A stretch of 64,000 bases of DNA from an uncultured virus (IMG/VR IMGVR_UViG_3300025759_000001). Taxonomy: Duplodnaviria > Heunggongvirae > Uroviricota > Caudoviricetes > Crassvirales. The DNA lies in the IMG/VR virus record IMGVR_UViG_3300025759_000001; one strand, given 5' to 3'. The notes below the pieces were generated by a model that made no database searches, was not told the DNA's origin, and was given only the letters and a program-made list of their open reading frames with translations. Position numbers and translations under genes: made by a program. Within the stretch, counting starts at the first letter, position 1. Every line of letters begins with the position of its first letter. Shown piece after piece: positions 19,842-29,625 of the stretch.

Positions 19842-21638
19842 TTATTCGTCACTCAAAAGAGTGATAGTTAAGTCTAAACCTGTATCCTTATTTATTGTTC
19901 CAACAATAGCCCCAGTCTTATAGTAAGGAGATGCAGAAGATTTTCTAACATTCCCTCCAATTGGTTGATTTGTTGCAAATGTCTTAGACCCTTGAACTAC
20001 ACCTAACACATCTGTTAGTGCACTAATAAGAACATAAGTTGATGTTATAGCTCCTGTTGCTGGAGTAGTGGGAGAACCAGCTACTGTATAATCATAAGTG
20101 TTTGTTGTAACATTTGAAACTGTATGTATTCCATAATATTCACTTTGATCAACTGACCTTATTACTACTTTATCTCCATTTGCTAATCCATGAGCAGTGT
20201 GAGTTACTGTTGCTACAGTACCAACTCTTGCTATTGTTACAGACGCTTGAAAGAACAAAGGACCTCCAGCTGCTACTGGAAAGAATACTCTTGCATCTTG
20301 TATCACTGCACCTTCTGTGTCTTGTACTGTTATTTTATATGTTACTGCTCCTGCCACAACATTAACTACTGCTCCTGCTGATCTTATTGATGGTACTGAT
20401 GCACCTGCTGTTACATTTATAGTTAAAGTTCCTGAAGCTACGTTTACGTATATTGCTTCATTTCCTGTTGAGGTTGCAGTAACTGGTGATGCTGCTACTC
20501 CAGCTACATATCCAGACAATTGATTGTCCCAATCTAATGATCCTCCACCAATGCTGGTTATTTCTACAGCATGATTAGATCCGTCTGATACAAAGCTATT
20601 TCCTGTTACTAACAACATGTTGTCAGCAAGTAAAGAAGTTGTAGCTGTACTATTTGTAAAAGTAGAGCTAGTTATAGATGAGCCTGATTGAGTAACTAAG
20701 TTGCATCTTCTAAAAACAGTCCCTACAACTGTTGTGTTAGAAAGAAAACTAAAGTCTAACATGTCGTTAAAAGTGCAGTCAGTTATTTCTACTGTGGCAT
20801 TATCAGTTACTGTAAACAAACCTCTAGTAGTAGCTCCCAGTGCAGATATTTGAATACCTGTCCACTTTACTGTTGACCCTGCGTTTAGTACTTCATATTC
20901 TGTAAATCCTGCAGCACAATGAATATTATCTTCTAAAACTATACTTTGATTACTATCCTCAAAGTAAGCTAATGATGCAACTGTTCCAATTTGAAATAAA
21001 CCTTTATGTGAAAAACCACCTGCAGATACTTCAAACAATCCCCATTTATTAGCTACTAAATCATTTTGAGTTGCTGCTCCTAGAAAAGTTCCTGGGTTAG
21101 CAATTTCTCCATCATCTACTATTATACTTCTTCCATATCTTGAATAATCAATAGCGAATGGATTACCTTTACTTACTGATGAAGTCATAAAAGTTCTTGA
21201 GCCAAAAGTGCTGGTAACTGACGTTGGACTTCCTTGTGTTAAATCCGGAGTGCTTGTTGGATCTACTGCAGAACTATACCACCCTCCTTTTGGAAGAGTG
21301 TCTCTACCATAAATAGTAAATTGGTTATAATTGGCAGATGAGTTTCCTATACATATTCTCATACCATCATTAACAAATGTATCTACCGTTGGCATTGCTC
21401 CGTGATAAGTCCATGAAAAAACAGCAGCACCTGCTGGTATTGTAACTGTATTTGACGGATGAGCTATCGACACATTACCTCCAGTACGTGTTTGTGACGT
21501 TGCACAATTTGTACCAGCAATGTAGTTGTCTGGATCGTTATCAGTAATCCTACCTTCTAACGCACCCGTAAGCTCTACATGAGATCCTGTCATGAGGTTT
21601 ATTGTTGCTAAGTCTGTTGTATATGTAGGTACTGCCAT
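19842..21638 (-). CDS. Structural protein (tail appendage)
   Basis: 598 aa, T/S/G-rich, beta-helix-like centre, TVTHTAHGLANGDKV repeat-type motif. Confidence 0.55.
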   Translation of the reverse strand: MAVPTYTTDLATINLMTGSHVELTGALEGRITDNDPDNYIAGTNCATSQTRTGGNVSIAHPSNTVTIPAGAAVFSWTYHGAMPTVDTFVNDGMRICIGNSSANYNQFTIYGRDTLPKGGWYSSAVDPTSTPDLTQGSPTSVTSTFGSRTFMTSSVSKGNPFAIDYSRYGRSIIVDDGEIANPGTFLGAATQNDLVANKWGLFEVSAGGFSHKGLFQIGTVASLAYFEDSNQSIVLEDNIHCAAGFTEYEVLNAGSTVKWTGIQISALGATTRGLFTVTDNATVEITDCTFNDMLDFSFLSNTTVVGTVFRRCNLVTQSGSSITSSTFTNSTATTSLLADNMLLVTGNSFVSDGSNHAVEITSIGGGSLDWDNQLSGYVAGVAASPVTATSTGNEAIYVNVASGTLTINVTAGASVPSIRSAGAVVNVVAGAVTYKITVQDTEGAVIQDARVFFPVAAGGPLFFQASVTIARVGTVATVTHTAHGLANGDKVVIRSVDQSEYYGIHTVSNVTTNTYDYTVAGSPTTPATGAITSTYVLISALTDVLGVVQGSKTFATNQPIGGNVRKSSASPYYKTGAIVGTINKDTGLDLTITLLSDE

Positions 21639-21658
21639 TCTATCCTATTTTTTAGTTA

Positions 21659-21684
21659 TACCGCCCCAAACGAATGGGACGGTA
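21659..21684 (-). terminator. Stem-loop / probable terminator
   Basis: TACCGTCCCA-TTCGTT-TGGGGCGGTA inverted repeat just after the 21705 stop; no clear T-run. Confidence 0.5.
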
Positions 21685-21704
21685 TGATTGTTTATTTATT
21701 ACTA

Positions 21705-23417
21705 TTAAAAGTCATCAATACGACCAACAGTAGAGGCACCACCACCTGATCCAACCGCTGCAGTTGTTTCAAATGTCTTAATCTCAACACCTGGATTAGC
21801 GTTTCTTACTCTAGTAAATAATGTTCTTGGAGCATTATATACATAAGTAACACTTTCAGTTGTTCCAGTTGCTACTCTATCAATATAGGTAACGAATCCG
21901 TTACCACCAATTGCCAAACCTGCACCTACACCAGAAAAATCTAATGCTGTGAAGTTTATCGTATCATCTGTAATAGAAGTAGTTGTAATACTTGTATAAG
22001 CTATTCTTCTATAACTTCCATTAACTTGCTCTACACGAACAGTACCTCCTGGTCTTGGAGTGTCTGAAGTTATTGTTTCATCAAAAACTATTGACGTTAC
22101 TGATGCTCCAACTTCTGCATTGGTTATAGACAATTGAGTTAAATCAAAGTCTCCTCCTGAGTTATTAGATGTTATAACATAATCTCCTGCAACAGTATTA
22201 TTTACAGAGTAACTAATGTTGTTTGGAGGAGTTCTGTTAGTTCCAGTTAAATCTTCAAGAAGATCATTCTGAGTTAAATCATCTGAACCAATACCAACAC
22301 CATAAGCTGCTGGATTAATAGCAGTACCAGTAGATGTTCCTACAAATGTAGCTGGTACAAGTCTAGGTGTTATGGTAACATTCATTGTTGCTGTTGCAGT
22401 CGAAACTCCTGTTATCACTTGACCATCTGTTGGAACAACACCCGAAAGTAATTGAATCCACATTTGAGTACCTGCTGTTACAGAATCAATTGCCAACAAT
22501 TGTCCAGTACCACCCGTCCATGATAAAGCTTCTGGCTCTACAAATGTTCCAGTTGGACTGTCTATTTCAATCTGGTGAGTAATACCTCTAAAGATATCAC
22601 CATCAAGACCATATATAGTTTCTGCTGAACCTTCACGTTGAATCCATTTACCTCTTTCATAGAAGTTATTCTTAGTTCTTGAACCAAGTTCCCAATCAGA
22701 GTAGTAAAATTCATTTACAGTATTACCATCAGCATCAATTGCAGAATAACCTTCTTTGTCATTTACAATATCAGTCCAAGTAGCAATAGTACCTTCTGCA
22801 GTCTGGTTGTTCCCATCCGTGTTGGCAGTAAGTGCTAATGTGTTGTTACCTCTGTTTGTTCCACCACCAATAGAGAATTCTGTATAAGCTGTTCCTAATA
22901 CTCTCTGAGTACCAATTAACCTACGTCCATCTATATCAGCACCACCTGTTCTTACTTTAACTAAGAATCTGTGAGTTGTAGAAGATAATGCATCTGATAC
23001 AGCAGCTTTCATTTTAACCTCATTCCAGAAATCATTAACTAATCTTGCTCCATCTTGTAGTACTTGAATACTAGATGAGTTACCAAACGTCTGAATACCA
23101 TCATAGATAGTATTACCCGCGTCTTGAGTTAATGATCCATCGTAGATGTACTCTACTGATGCGTCATCTAAATTACATCCGTTTAATAACGTGATGTTTG
23201 TATCTGCACCACCCCTATCGGACGGTGTTTTGTTGATGATGGATAATTCATCATCTCCGGAATCTTGCTCTTGATCAGCAAAATCTCCCAAAGCTCTGTG
23301 GAGCTCAATTGTTGTGGCGTATGAAGGGGAGGCTCCAGCGTGTGTATCGCCAATATAGCGAACATCCAGTGCTCCTCCGTTCCTTGTAATACTCCAATCT
23401 AATGCTACGAATGCCAT
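21705..23417 (-). CDS. Structural protein
   Basis: 570 aa, T/G/D-rich beta protein in the fibre cluster. Confidence 0.55.
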   Translation of the reverse strand: MAFVALDWSITRNGGALDVRYIGDTHAGASPSYATTIELHRALGDFADQEQDSGDDELSIINKTPSDRGGADTNITLLNGCNLDDASVEYIYDGSLTQDAGNTIYDGIQTFGNSSSIQVLQDGARLVNDFWNEVKMKAAVSDALSSTTHRFLVKVRTGGADIDGRRLIGTQRVLGTAYTEFSIGGGTNRGNNTLALTANTDGNNQTAEGTIATWTDIVNDKEGYSAIDADGNTVNEFYYSDWELGSRTKNNFYERGKWIQREGSAETIYGLDGDIFRGITHQIEIDSPTGTFVEPEALSWTGGTGQLLAIDSVTAGTQMWIQLLSGVVPTDGQVITGVSTATATMNVTITPRLVPATFVGTSTGTAINPAAYGVGIGSDDLTQNDLLEDLTGTNRTPPNNISYSVNNTVAGDYVITSNNSGGDFDLTQLSITNAEVGASVTSIVFDETITSDTPRPGGTVRVEQVNGSYRRIAYTSITTTSITDDTINFTALDFSGVGAGLAIGGNGFVTYIDRVATGTTESVTYVYNAPRTLFTRVRNANPGVEIKTFETTAAVGSGGGASTVGRIDDF

Positions 23418-23468
23418 AATTGTTTCTTTGTTTAATTAATTATTTATATATATATATCTAAAGTACAA

Positions 23469-24365
23469 CTATATGTACGTCAAACTAAATCTATTTGTCC
23501 AATCTGTTTCTAGATCAGTCAATCCTGTTGCGTAAGCAACAACTCCGTCAGTACATCTTTTAATTGTAATAACTGAGTTTAATAAGTATCCACTATAAAC
23601 AGTGGTAACTTCTACATCACTTCTGTAACTTGTTACAGAATTAGGTATTAAATAACCAGCATCATTTGTTAATGCTGATATATTATCAGAAGGTTGTAAA
23701 TAAACTTCATCATTAAACAGCTGAGAGATATCATCTCCTGGTTGTAATGCAGTATTAGCCAATATGCCTTGTGCATTAGTAGCGTAATCACTATCACTGA
23801 AATCAGTTATATCAATCTTAAGATGAGTATGTCCAATCTCAGACTTGCTTGATAATGCATTTGTTACAGCAGTACTGACAGGTTTGTTTAGGTCAGATGT
23901 ATTATCTACATTTCCTAATCCAACATCATTTTTGTCTACCTGATGTGGATTTGCTATATTGTTTATATGGCCATTAATTAAAGCTGTATTTGCAGCTATT
24001 AGGTCATCATATATTTCTAATTGTTGGTCAACAAGCTCTCTACTATGCTTCCACGCTCCTGCGGTATATATGTACCATCCTGATGGATAATAAGTCCCTC
24101 CTAATGATCCAGGAAGCCATTGAGTACCCTGGCTATATAAAACAAAAGCAATTGATTCTTCATCAACTCCTGATGGTAAGTCTGAATAAAAGTCAACAAC
24201 AAGATTTGCTCCAGAAAGAGCGTTAGAATTTATTAATTTAGGAACGCCATTTACGTCGTAAATATATATTTTCTTAGTATCTACCGCAACATATATTGAA
24301 CCAGGTATTGACCTACCGTCTTTCTCCTCATCTTTTCCGGTAAATTGATTTTGCGTTAATTTCAT
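23469..24365 (-). CDS. Tail-fibre-like protein
   Basis: HINNIANPHQVDKNDVGLGNVDNTSDLNKPVSTA and GHTHLKIDITDF fibre motifs. Confidence 0.7.
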   Translation of the reverse strand: MKLTQNQFTGKDEEKDGRSIPGSIYVAVDTKKIYIYDVNGVPKLINSNALSGANLVVDFYSDLPSGVDEESIAFVLYSQGTQWLPGSLGGTYYPSGWYIYTAGAWKHSRELVDQQLEIYDDLIAANTALINGHINNIANPHQVDKNDVGLGNVDNTSDLNKPVSTAVTNALSSKSEIGHTHLKIDITDFSDSDYATNAQGILANTALQPGDDISQLFNDEVYLQPSDNISALTNDAGYLIPNSVTSYRSDVEVTTVYSGYLLNSVITIKRCTDGVVAYATGLTDLETDWTNRFSLTYI

Positions 24366-24366
24366 T

Positions 24367-24840
24367 TTATACTATCTCAAAATGAGGCATATCATCTAAA
24401 TTTTGATCAAATATTATAATTCCATCAGAATCCCAATTTCCTCCCCATCTAACTTTATGTGTTATTTCTCCTTTATTAAATAATTCTTGTGAACATGAAT
24501 CTATTAAGCCAGCTATGTAGCTTAAATGCATACCATCATAAGATATTTTCTTTCTTGTAGCCTTATCAGCATGATATACGTATATATCTATTGCTTGTGA
24601 AGGTTGATAATTATGTTTACCCTTCTTAATTATCCCATCTACATTTGTAATAGTACTTCTGTGTAATTGAACAGTCCTGCCTATTGCATAATAAGCCTGT
24701 TGTTTAGATACATCTCTATGACCCTCAGATACACCAAAGTCAACTTTACTTCTTGATATAACTAGGTTAAATACCTTTTGTATATCAGGATGACAAGTTG
24801 CTAATCTCTTTGCGCTATTTGATCCAAATTTATATCTCAT
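24367..24840 (-). CDS. Endolysin, M15 family L-Ala-D-Glu peptidase
   Basis: SEGHR, GKHN...AIDI, RWGGNW, DMPHFE; likely start MRYKFG at 24840. Confidence 0.88.
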   Translation of the reverse strand: MRYKFGSNSAKRLATCHPDIQKVFNLVISRSKVDFGVSEGHRDVSKQQAYYAIGRTVQLHRSTITNVDGIIKKGKHNYQPSQAIDIYVYHADKATRKKISYDGMHLSYIAGLIDSCSQELFNKGEITHKVRWGGNWDSDGIIIFDQNLDDMPHFEIV

Positions 24841-24844
24841 CTTT

Positions 24845-25396
24845 TTAGTCTTCAAAATCATGTTGAACATCATGGTCAACATTAACAACAGATTCTTCAT
24901 TTTCTTTTATTCCAAGCAGTTTCTTTATTGGGGCAGGAAGCAAAAACGTTATTCTCTTCAGAATATTATTTCCACTAACTGCTTCCATATTTTCAAATAT
25001 GGAATATATCTCAACTAACGTTGCAGTCACTACTGCTAATTCAGTTAAAGTAAGACTTATTCCTTGAATTGAAAATGGATCTAACTTAAGTACCATACTT
25101 TCAAATACAGCAAATACTATGACGCCAACGCCATACTCATATGTCTTGCGCCAAGTATCTCTCATTCCCTTAGAATGAACAGTTTTCCAGAAGTGAGATT
25201 TAAATGGATTAAAACTAAGTTTTTTTTCGTGTAAGCTTTTTCTGATTCCAGTAACCATATCTATAATGATAAGGATACCAAGACCTATTAGCATTGGTTT
25301 TGTATTTAGCAAGACAGTGAGGATTGGGGTTAACGTTAGTAATAATGCTTTTTTCTCTAAAGTCATTTTGCCAAAAAATAAAGATATTGATTTCAT
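24845..25396 (-). CDS. Holin
   Basis: Multiple TM helices, IDMVTG...SKGMR...EIYSIFEN holin signature; adjacent to the endolysin. Confidence 0.8.
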   Translation of the reverse strand: MKSISLFFGKMTLEKKALLLTLTPILTVLLNTKPMLIGLGILIIIDMVTGIRKSLHEKKLSFNPFKSHFWKTVHSKGMRDTWRKTYEYGVGVIVFAVFESMVLKLDPFSIQGISLTLTELAVVTATLVEIYSIFENMEAVSGNNILKRITFLLPAPIKKLLGIKENEESVVNVDHDVQHDFED

Positions 25397-25422
25397 TGTT
25401 TTATTTTAGGACTTGTAATATG

Positions 25423-25470
25423 TAAAAATACAAAACACAAGTCCATTTATTTAATTCACATTATGGCTAT
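25423..25470 (-). promoter_or_regulatory. Bipartite late promoter candidate for the lysis genes
   Basis: TAGCCATAATG, 28 nt, TATTTTTA on the minus strand; a second TATCTTTG lies at 25535-25542. Confidence 0.55.
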
Positions 25471-25552
25471 AATGTAATATTACACTATGGATATACTCTT
25501 ATTTCAATAATGGATGAAAGTAATCCTGTTTATACAAAGATAGGTATATTAT

Positions 25553-26347
25553 TTAACTCTTGACTAGTTCAATAACCCAAAAGTCAAGGTCTTCCAAAGC
25601 ACCACCTATTACTGCCCCCATGAGTTCGCTCCCACCGGGTATTATAGTAATTTCTCTTACCCAAACCTCAACGGAGCCTATTACAGTACCGCTGCCTTGT
25701 TGTACTACTTGAGTTCCCGATGAGGACAGAACTCCATAGTTGCTCCCTCCAAATTTTAACGCTACATTACCTAATGCTGTATATGTTACCGGAACAGTAA
25801 CGGTATCTGCTACCGCAAACGCGTGAACGTTATTACTCACATCGGTGGTACAATTAGCTATTGTTAAACCACCTATAGCTAGGCTAGTTGCTGTAAGTGT
25901 TACAGTAATAGTTCTATTACCCGTTGTTGTTAGATTTGTTGTGTACCATACGTTACCGTTAGTGCCTCCGCTTAGTTTAGTCCATGTTGCACCTGATGAA
26001 TCAGACACGGTTACAGTGCCAATGCCGGCCGAGTAGTCATCACTATCAACATTTAATTGTAAAAAAGCTACAACATCTAGCGATGTAATATTGTATACAA
26101 CTGTTTTTGATGTTGTTGTAGTGTAACCAACTACGGTTCTAACGTAAGGGGTTGGGGTTGCTCCATAATTTCTAAAATTTAAAAGATTATTGTTCGTCCC
26201 GTCTACATTTGGATTGTAGTTAGAATCAAAGCTTCCTGCTATAGCGTCAGCAAAACAGGAAACTAAATTCCTGCCTACAGCTGTATCTCCATATAATTCT
26301 GTAGTTACATCGTGAAATGTAAATGTTGTTGTGTCTGGCACTGCCAT
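25553..26347 (-). CDS. Putative fibre-tip adhesin
   Basis: N-terminal MAVPDTTTFTFHDV...NLLNFRNY adaptor-like domain followed by a beta-rich domain; downstream of the S74-chaperone fibre. Confidence 0.55.
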   Translation of the reverse strand: MAVPDTTTFTFHDVTTELYGDTAVGRNLVSCFADAIAGSFDSNYNPNVDGTNNNLLNFRNYGATPTPYVRTVVGYTTTTSKTVVYNITSLDVVAFLQLNVDSDDYSAGIGTVTVSDSSGATWTKLSGGTNGNVWYTTNLTTTGNRTITVTLTATSLAIGGLTIANCTTDVSNNVHAFAVADTVTVPVTYTALGNVALKFGGSNYGVLSSSGTQVVQQGSGTVIGSVEVWVREITIIPGGSELMGAVIGGALEDLDFWVIELVKS

Positions 26348-26607
26348 TATCTTATGTAGCTACGTATTAATATAAATACCATTGGTGCTATTGTAAATAT
26401 AACATCCAATACTGAGAACCTTCCTTTTGGTTGAGTATAGTCACGAACCTCAATGGCTATCGCTAGGATAGTCATTAATATCATTGCATCCCAAAGTCTT
26501 ATTCTTGGAATCATTGTGATTGCATTAGCTATTAGACTTCCATAAAAGAAGTGGTTTAACTTATCGTTTGGTACTAGTTTTGCTAATTTTAATTTTAGTT
26601 CTTTCAT
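26347..26607 (-). CDS. Small membrane protein (VanZ-like motif)
   Basis: DKLNHFFYG...E..D...D pattern with three hydrophobic segments. Confidence 0.5.
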   Translation of the reverse strand: MKELKLKLAKLVPNDKLNHFFYGSLIANAITMIPRIRLWDAMILMTILAIAIEVRDYTQPKGRFSVLDVIFTIAPMVFILIRSYIR

Positions 26608-26616
26608 AATTTTCCA

Positions 26617-29600
26617 TTATTCTAATTTTTCTAACCTTGCTTCTAATTCTGCAATTTTAGCCATTAATAAATCTATGTATGCTACGGACTTCATCCCTTC
26701 ATTATCTGTTCTAACAAACTCAGGGTGATTTACTTCAAGTTCTTGTGCTATTATACCTGTTCTTTTAACTCCTTTTTCAGATTTTAAATCATAGGTCTTA
26801 ACATCCATCTTGATGTGTTGTCCATAATCAAAATCTTGTATATTCTCTTTTAATCTTTCATCAGAATTTAATATAAAGTTTGTAGCTGTAACTGTCGAGC
26901 TTAATGTCATTGCTCCTATTGTGTTTATACTAGCTATGTTTTGAGTTGTTCCGTTAATTGTCCCTGCTTTCCATATCCAACCTCTACCTGCAGTATTGTT
27001 CGTTGTCATATAGGTAGCGAAGTCTCCTGTTACACCACCATGAGTACCTAAATCAGCAGTAGTCGCAAATAATAATCCGTACTGTGGATATAATTGAGGC
27101 CCTCCATACAAGGCTATTCCTCTACCACTACTCATAGATGTTGAGTCTATACCTATTCCATCGGTAGCACTTACGTATGTGCTTGAGTGTATCTCTCCAC
27201 TTACATCTAATTTATGAGTGTTATTAGTATTACCTATTGAAATATTACCACCTTGATTAATATGCATTCTATTAACACCGGATGTATAAAAGTCCATACC
27301 AAAATATCCCGACATATATGTTCCTCTTCCTCCGGAAGTTGCATTAAGTGGCTTATGAATACCCCATCCATAATGATTTAGATATCTAGTAACTGAATCA
27401 TTACCCACGTTTGCGAATTCATCTGTAACTAAATAACCTATACCTTTACCTTCATTAAGAGTAGTACCCGCTTCTGTTATTTGAATAAATTTCTCAGACC
27501 TTAATACGTCAGTAAACCTACCCGTTCCATTAACGTCTAGTTTATATGAAGGCGTAGAATCATTAATACCTATATTCCCATTACCTTGAAACGTAATTAA
27601 CTTATCCCTATTTTGGTCTACAATATTTAATTTTATGCTATTATTATCATATTCAAATCCAAATCGCATTGCCCCACCCGTATTGTGTATATCAATAACT
27701 CTATTATTAGAGACTGCTCCATCGACTTCTAATACTAAGCCCGTAACTGATGCTGATACCCCATCAATATGTAGTTTGCCATCGGGGCTCGTTGTTCCGA
27801 TACCTACGTTACCACCATTTGTAATAGCAAGTTTAGTCGTAACCGTCTCAGCACCGTTTTCAGCACTTCCTCCCGAAGCAATTTCAAGATTAGAGCTAGA
27901 AGCACCACCTACTCTTATATGAAAAGGATATGAAGCTGTTCCTGAGCCTGTAGGTCTGTATAATCTAATAGTAGGATTTTGAGCGTTACTAGTAAAGTTA
28001 ATAGCACAATTAGACCATAAGTCATCGGGTCTAATATCTAATTTTGTACTAGGAGTAGTAGTTCCGATACCTACGTTACCGTTTCCTAGTATAGTCATTT
28101 TTACATTAGTTCCAGTTGTATCGACAGAATTTGTAACAAATGCTATATCTCCTTGAGATGCTAATGAAAGAGTAGATGATTCAAATAAATTTATAGCTCC
28201 AACAATAGTGCCGTCATCCACAAAATCTATTTTAGCAGAACCATCTGTATTGCCTGAATCTATTGTTAATAGGCCAGTATTACCTGATGTTCCAAATCCT
28301 TTTATATGTAATTTAGTACTAGGAGCAGTTGTACTTATTCCTACATTTCCGCCGCCCATTGCAATTACTACATCATCAGCTACGTAATTATTTAAACGTA
28401 ATTGTTGACCGTTTGAATCAATCATCATATAGCCATCGTTAATTGCTTTTATTGATGAAAATCCCGAAGCTCTTGATATAGATAATTTTGCGTTTGGACT
28501 AGTTGTTCCTATCCCAACATTACCATCATCTATAATTCTTACAGCATCAGTTACAGTGTTTGTTTGAAAAGTTATATAACTACCTCCACCTACATTTTTT
28601 ATTCTTAACCCTGAAGTAGCGTCTAATCCTATCAAGCCTGTAGGATTTGCATCTGAGTCTCTACGAAAAGTGATAGTACCCGCATTTCCAACCGAACCTA
28701 TAGCTATACTTTCTCTAAACTCACTCTCGCCATTAACTACTAATATTTTAGTTGCATCTGATCCAGCAAATTCACCTAATCTAAATTGAGCTCCAGTTGA
28801 AGGTAGTTGCAGAAAGCCTTCTGGAAGTGAAGTGCTTGATCCAAAAATAACTTTTCCGACTCCAGTAGTTGGATTACTTAAAGTAACACCCATTGATGTA
28901 CTTGTTAACGATTGTGAATAACCCAATACTCCAACGCTATTCCACATGTTTATATTTCCACCTGTCCCAGTTGGTTTTAGTCTTAACCATCTTTTATTGG
29001 TTGAGTCAAAAGCGTTAAGCCTTCCTGTTAAATTAATTTCAGCAAAGCCAGCCTCTCCATTTTTTTGAACAAAGTCACCATCTACTGTAACATCTTTTTT
29101 AAATAGGGTACTAGTGTTAGAAATTCCAGATTCTTCGTAATTATGTAATGATACATTATCTACCCAAACTGTATCTAAACTACCCCCCGTACTCGAGTTA
29201 TCTTTCCAGTAAACAAACTTTATAGTTTGAGAACCTATTCCGTGTATAAAAACACTATCTGATGTCCATGCATTTGTTCCACTATACCTTTTAACTATAA
29301 CATCATTAACTATTACCATTAAGAAATCATAATCCACTTCTGTTGAGGTCTTATAGTCGTACTTTAATAGAGTTGAGAATTGTGTAGTTATCTTAGTCAA
29401 TGTCAGAACCGAAGCTTGTTTGTCTGTTATAGCTCCTGACTTGGCTGAGAATAAATCTCCATTGCCTTCATCAGTAACTCTAGACCATACTACATCGCCT
29501 GAAGTTGTGAAATCTCCTAAGCTTACAGCGAAATTTTCTGACCAAGTTGCTGTTGGTATAGCCTCAGTTACTGTCTCTGACTTTAGAAACGTATGTACTA

Positions 29601-29622
29601 AATATTTATCGAATATGCTCAT
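26617..29622 (-). CDS. Long tail fibre with C-terminal intramolecular chaperone (peptidase S74)
   Basis: Repeated GNVGIGTTxPxxKL units; C-terminal NSDERLKENI...GIIAQELE...VAYIDLL plus coiled coil. Confidence 0.88.
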   Translation of the reverse strand: MSIFDKYLVHTFLKSETVTEAIPTATWSENFAVSLGDFTTSGDVVWSRVTDEGNGDLFSAKSGAITDKQASVLTLTKITTQFSTLLKYDYKTSTEVDYDFLMVIVNDVIVKRYSGTNAWTSDSVFIHGIGSQTIKFVYWKDNSSTGGSLDTVWVDNVSLHNYEESGISNTSTLFKKDVTVDGDFVQKNGEAGFAEINLTGRLNAFDSTNKRWLRLKPTGTGGNINMWNSVGVLGYSQSLTSTSMGVTLSNPTTGVGKVIFGSSTSLPEGFLQLPSTGAQFRLGEFAGSDATKILVVNGESEFRESIAIGSVGNAGTITFRRDSDANPTGLIGLDATSGLRIKNVGGGSYITFQTNTVTDAVRIIDDGNVGIGTTSPNAKLSISRASGFSSIKAINDGYMMIDSNGQQLRLNNYVADDVVIAMGGGNVGISTTAPSTKLHIKGFGTSGNTGLLTIDSGNTDGSAKIDFVDDGTIVGAINLFESSTLSLASQGDIAFVTNSVDTTGTNVKMTILGNGNVGIGTTTPSTKLDIRPDDLWSNCAINFTSNAQNPTIRLYRPTGSGTASYPFHIRVGGASSSNLEIASGGSAENGAETVTTKLAITNGGNVGIGTTSPDGKLHIDGVSASVTGLVLEVDGAVSNNRVIDIHNTGGAMRFGFEYDNNSIKLNIVDQNRDKLITFQGNGNIGINDSTPSYKLDVNGTGRFTDVLRSEKFIQITEAGTTLNEGKGIGYLVTDEFANVGNDSVTRYLNHYGWGIHKPLNATSGGRGTYMSGYFGMDFYTSGVNRMHINQGGNISIGNTNNTHKLDVSGEIHSSTYVSATDGIGIDSTSMSSGRGIALYGGPQLYPQYGLLFATTADLGTHGGVTGDFATYMTTNNTAGRGWIWKAGTINGTTQNIASINTIGAMTLSSTVTATNFILNSDERLKENIQDFDYGQHIKMDVKTYDLKSEKGVKRTGIIAQELEVNHPEFVRTDNEGMKSVAYIDLLMAKIAELEARLEKLE

Positions 29623-29625
29623 ATC

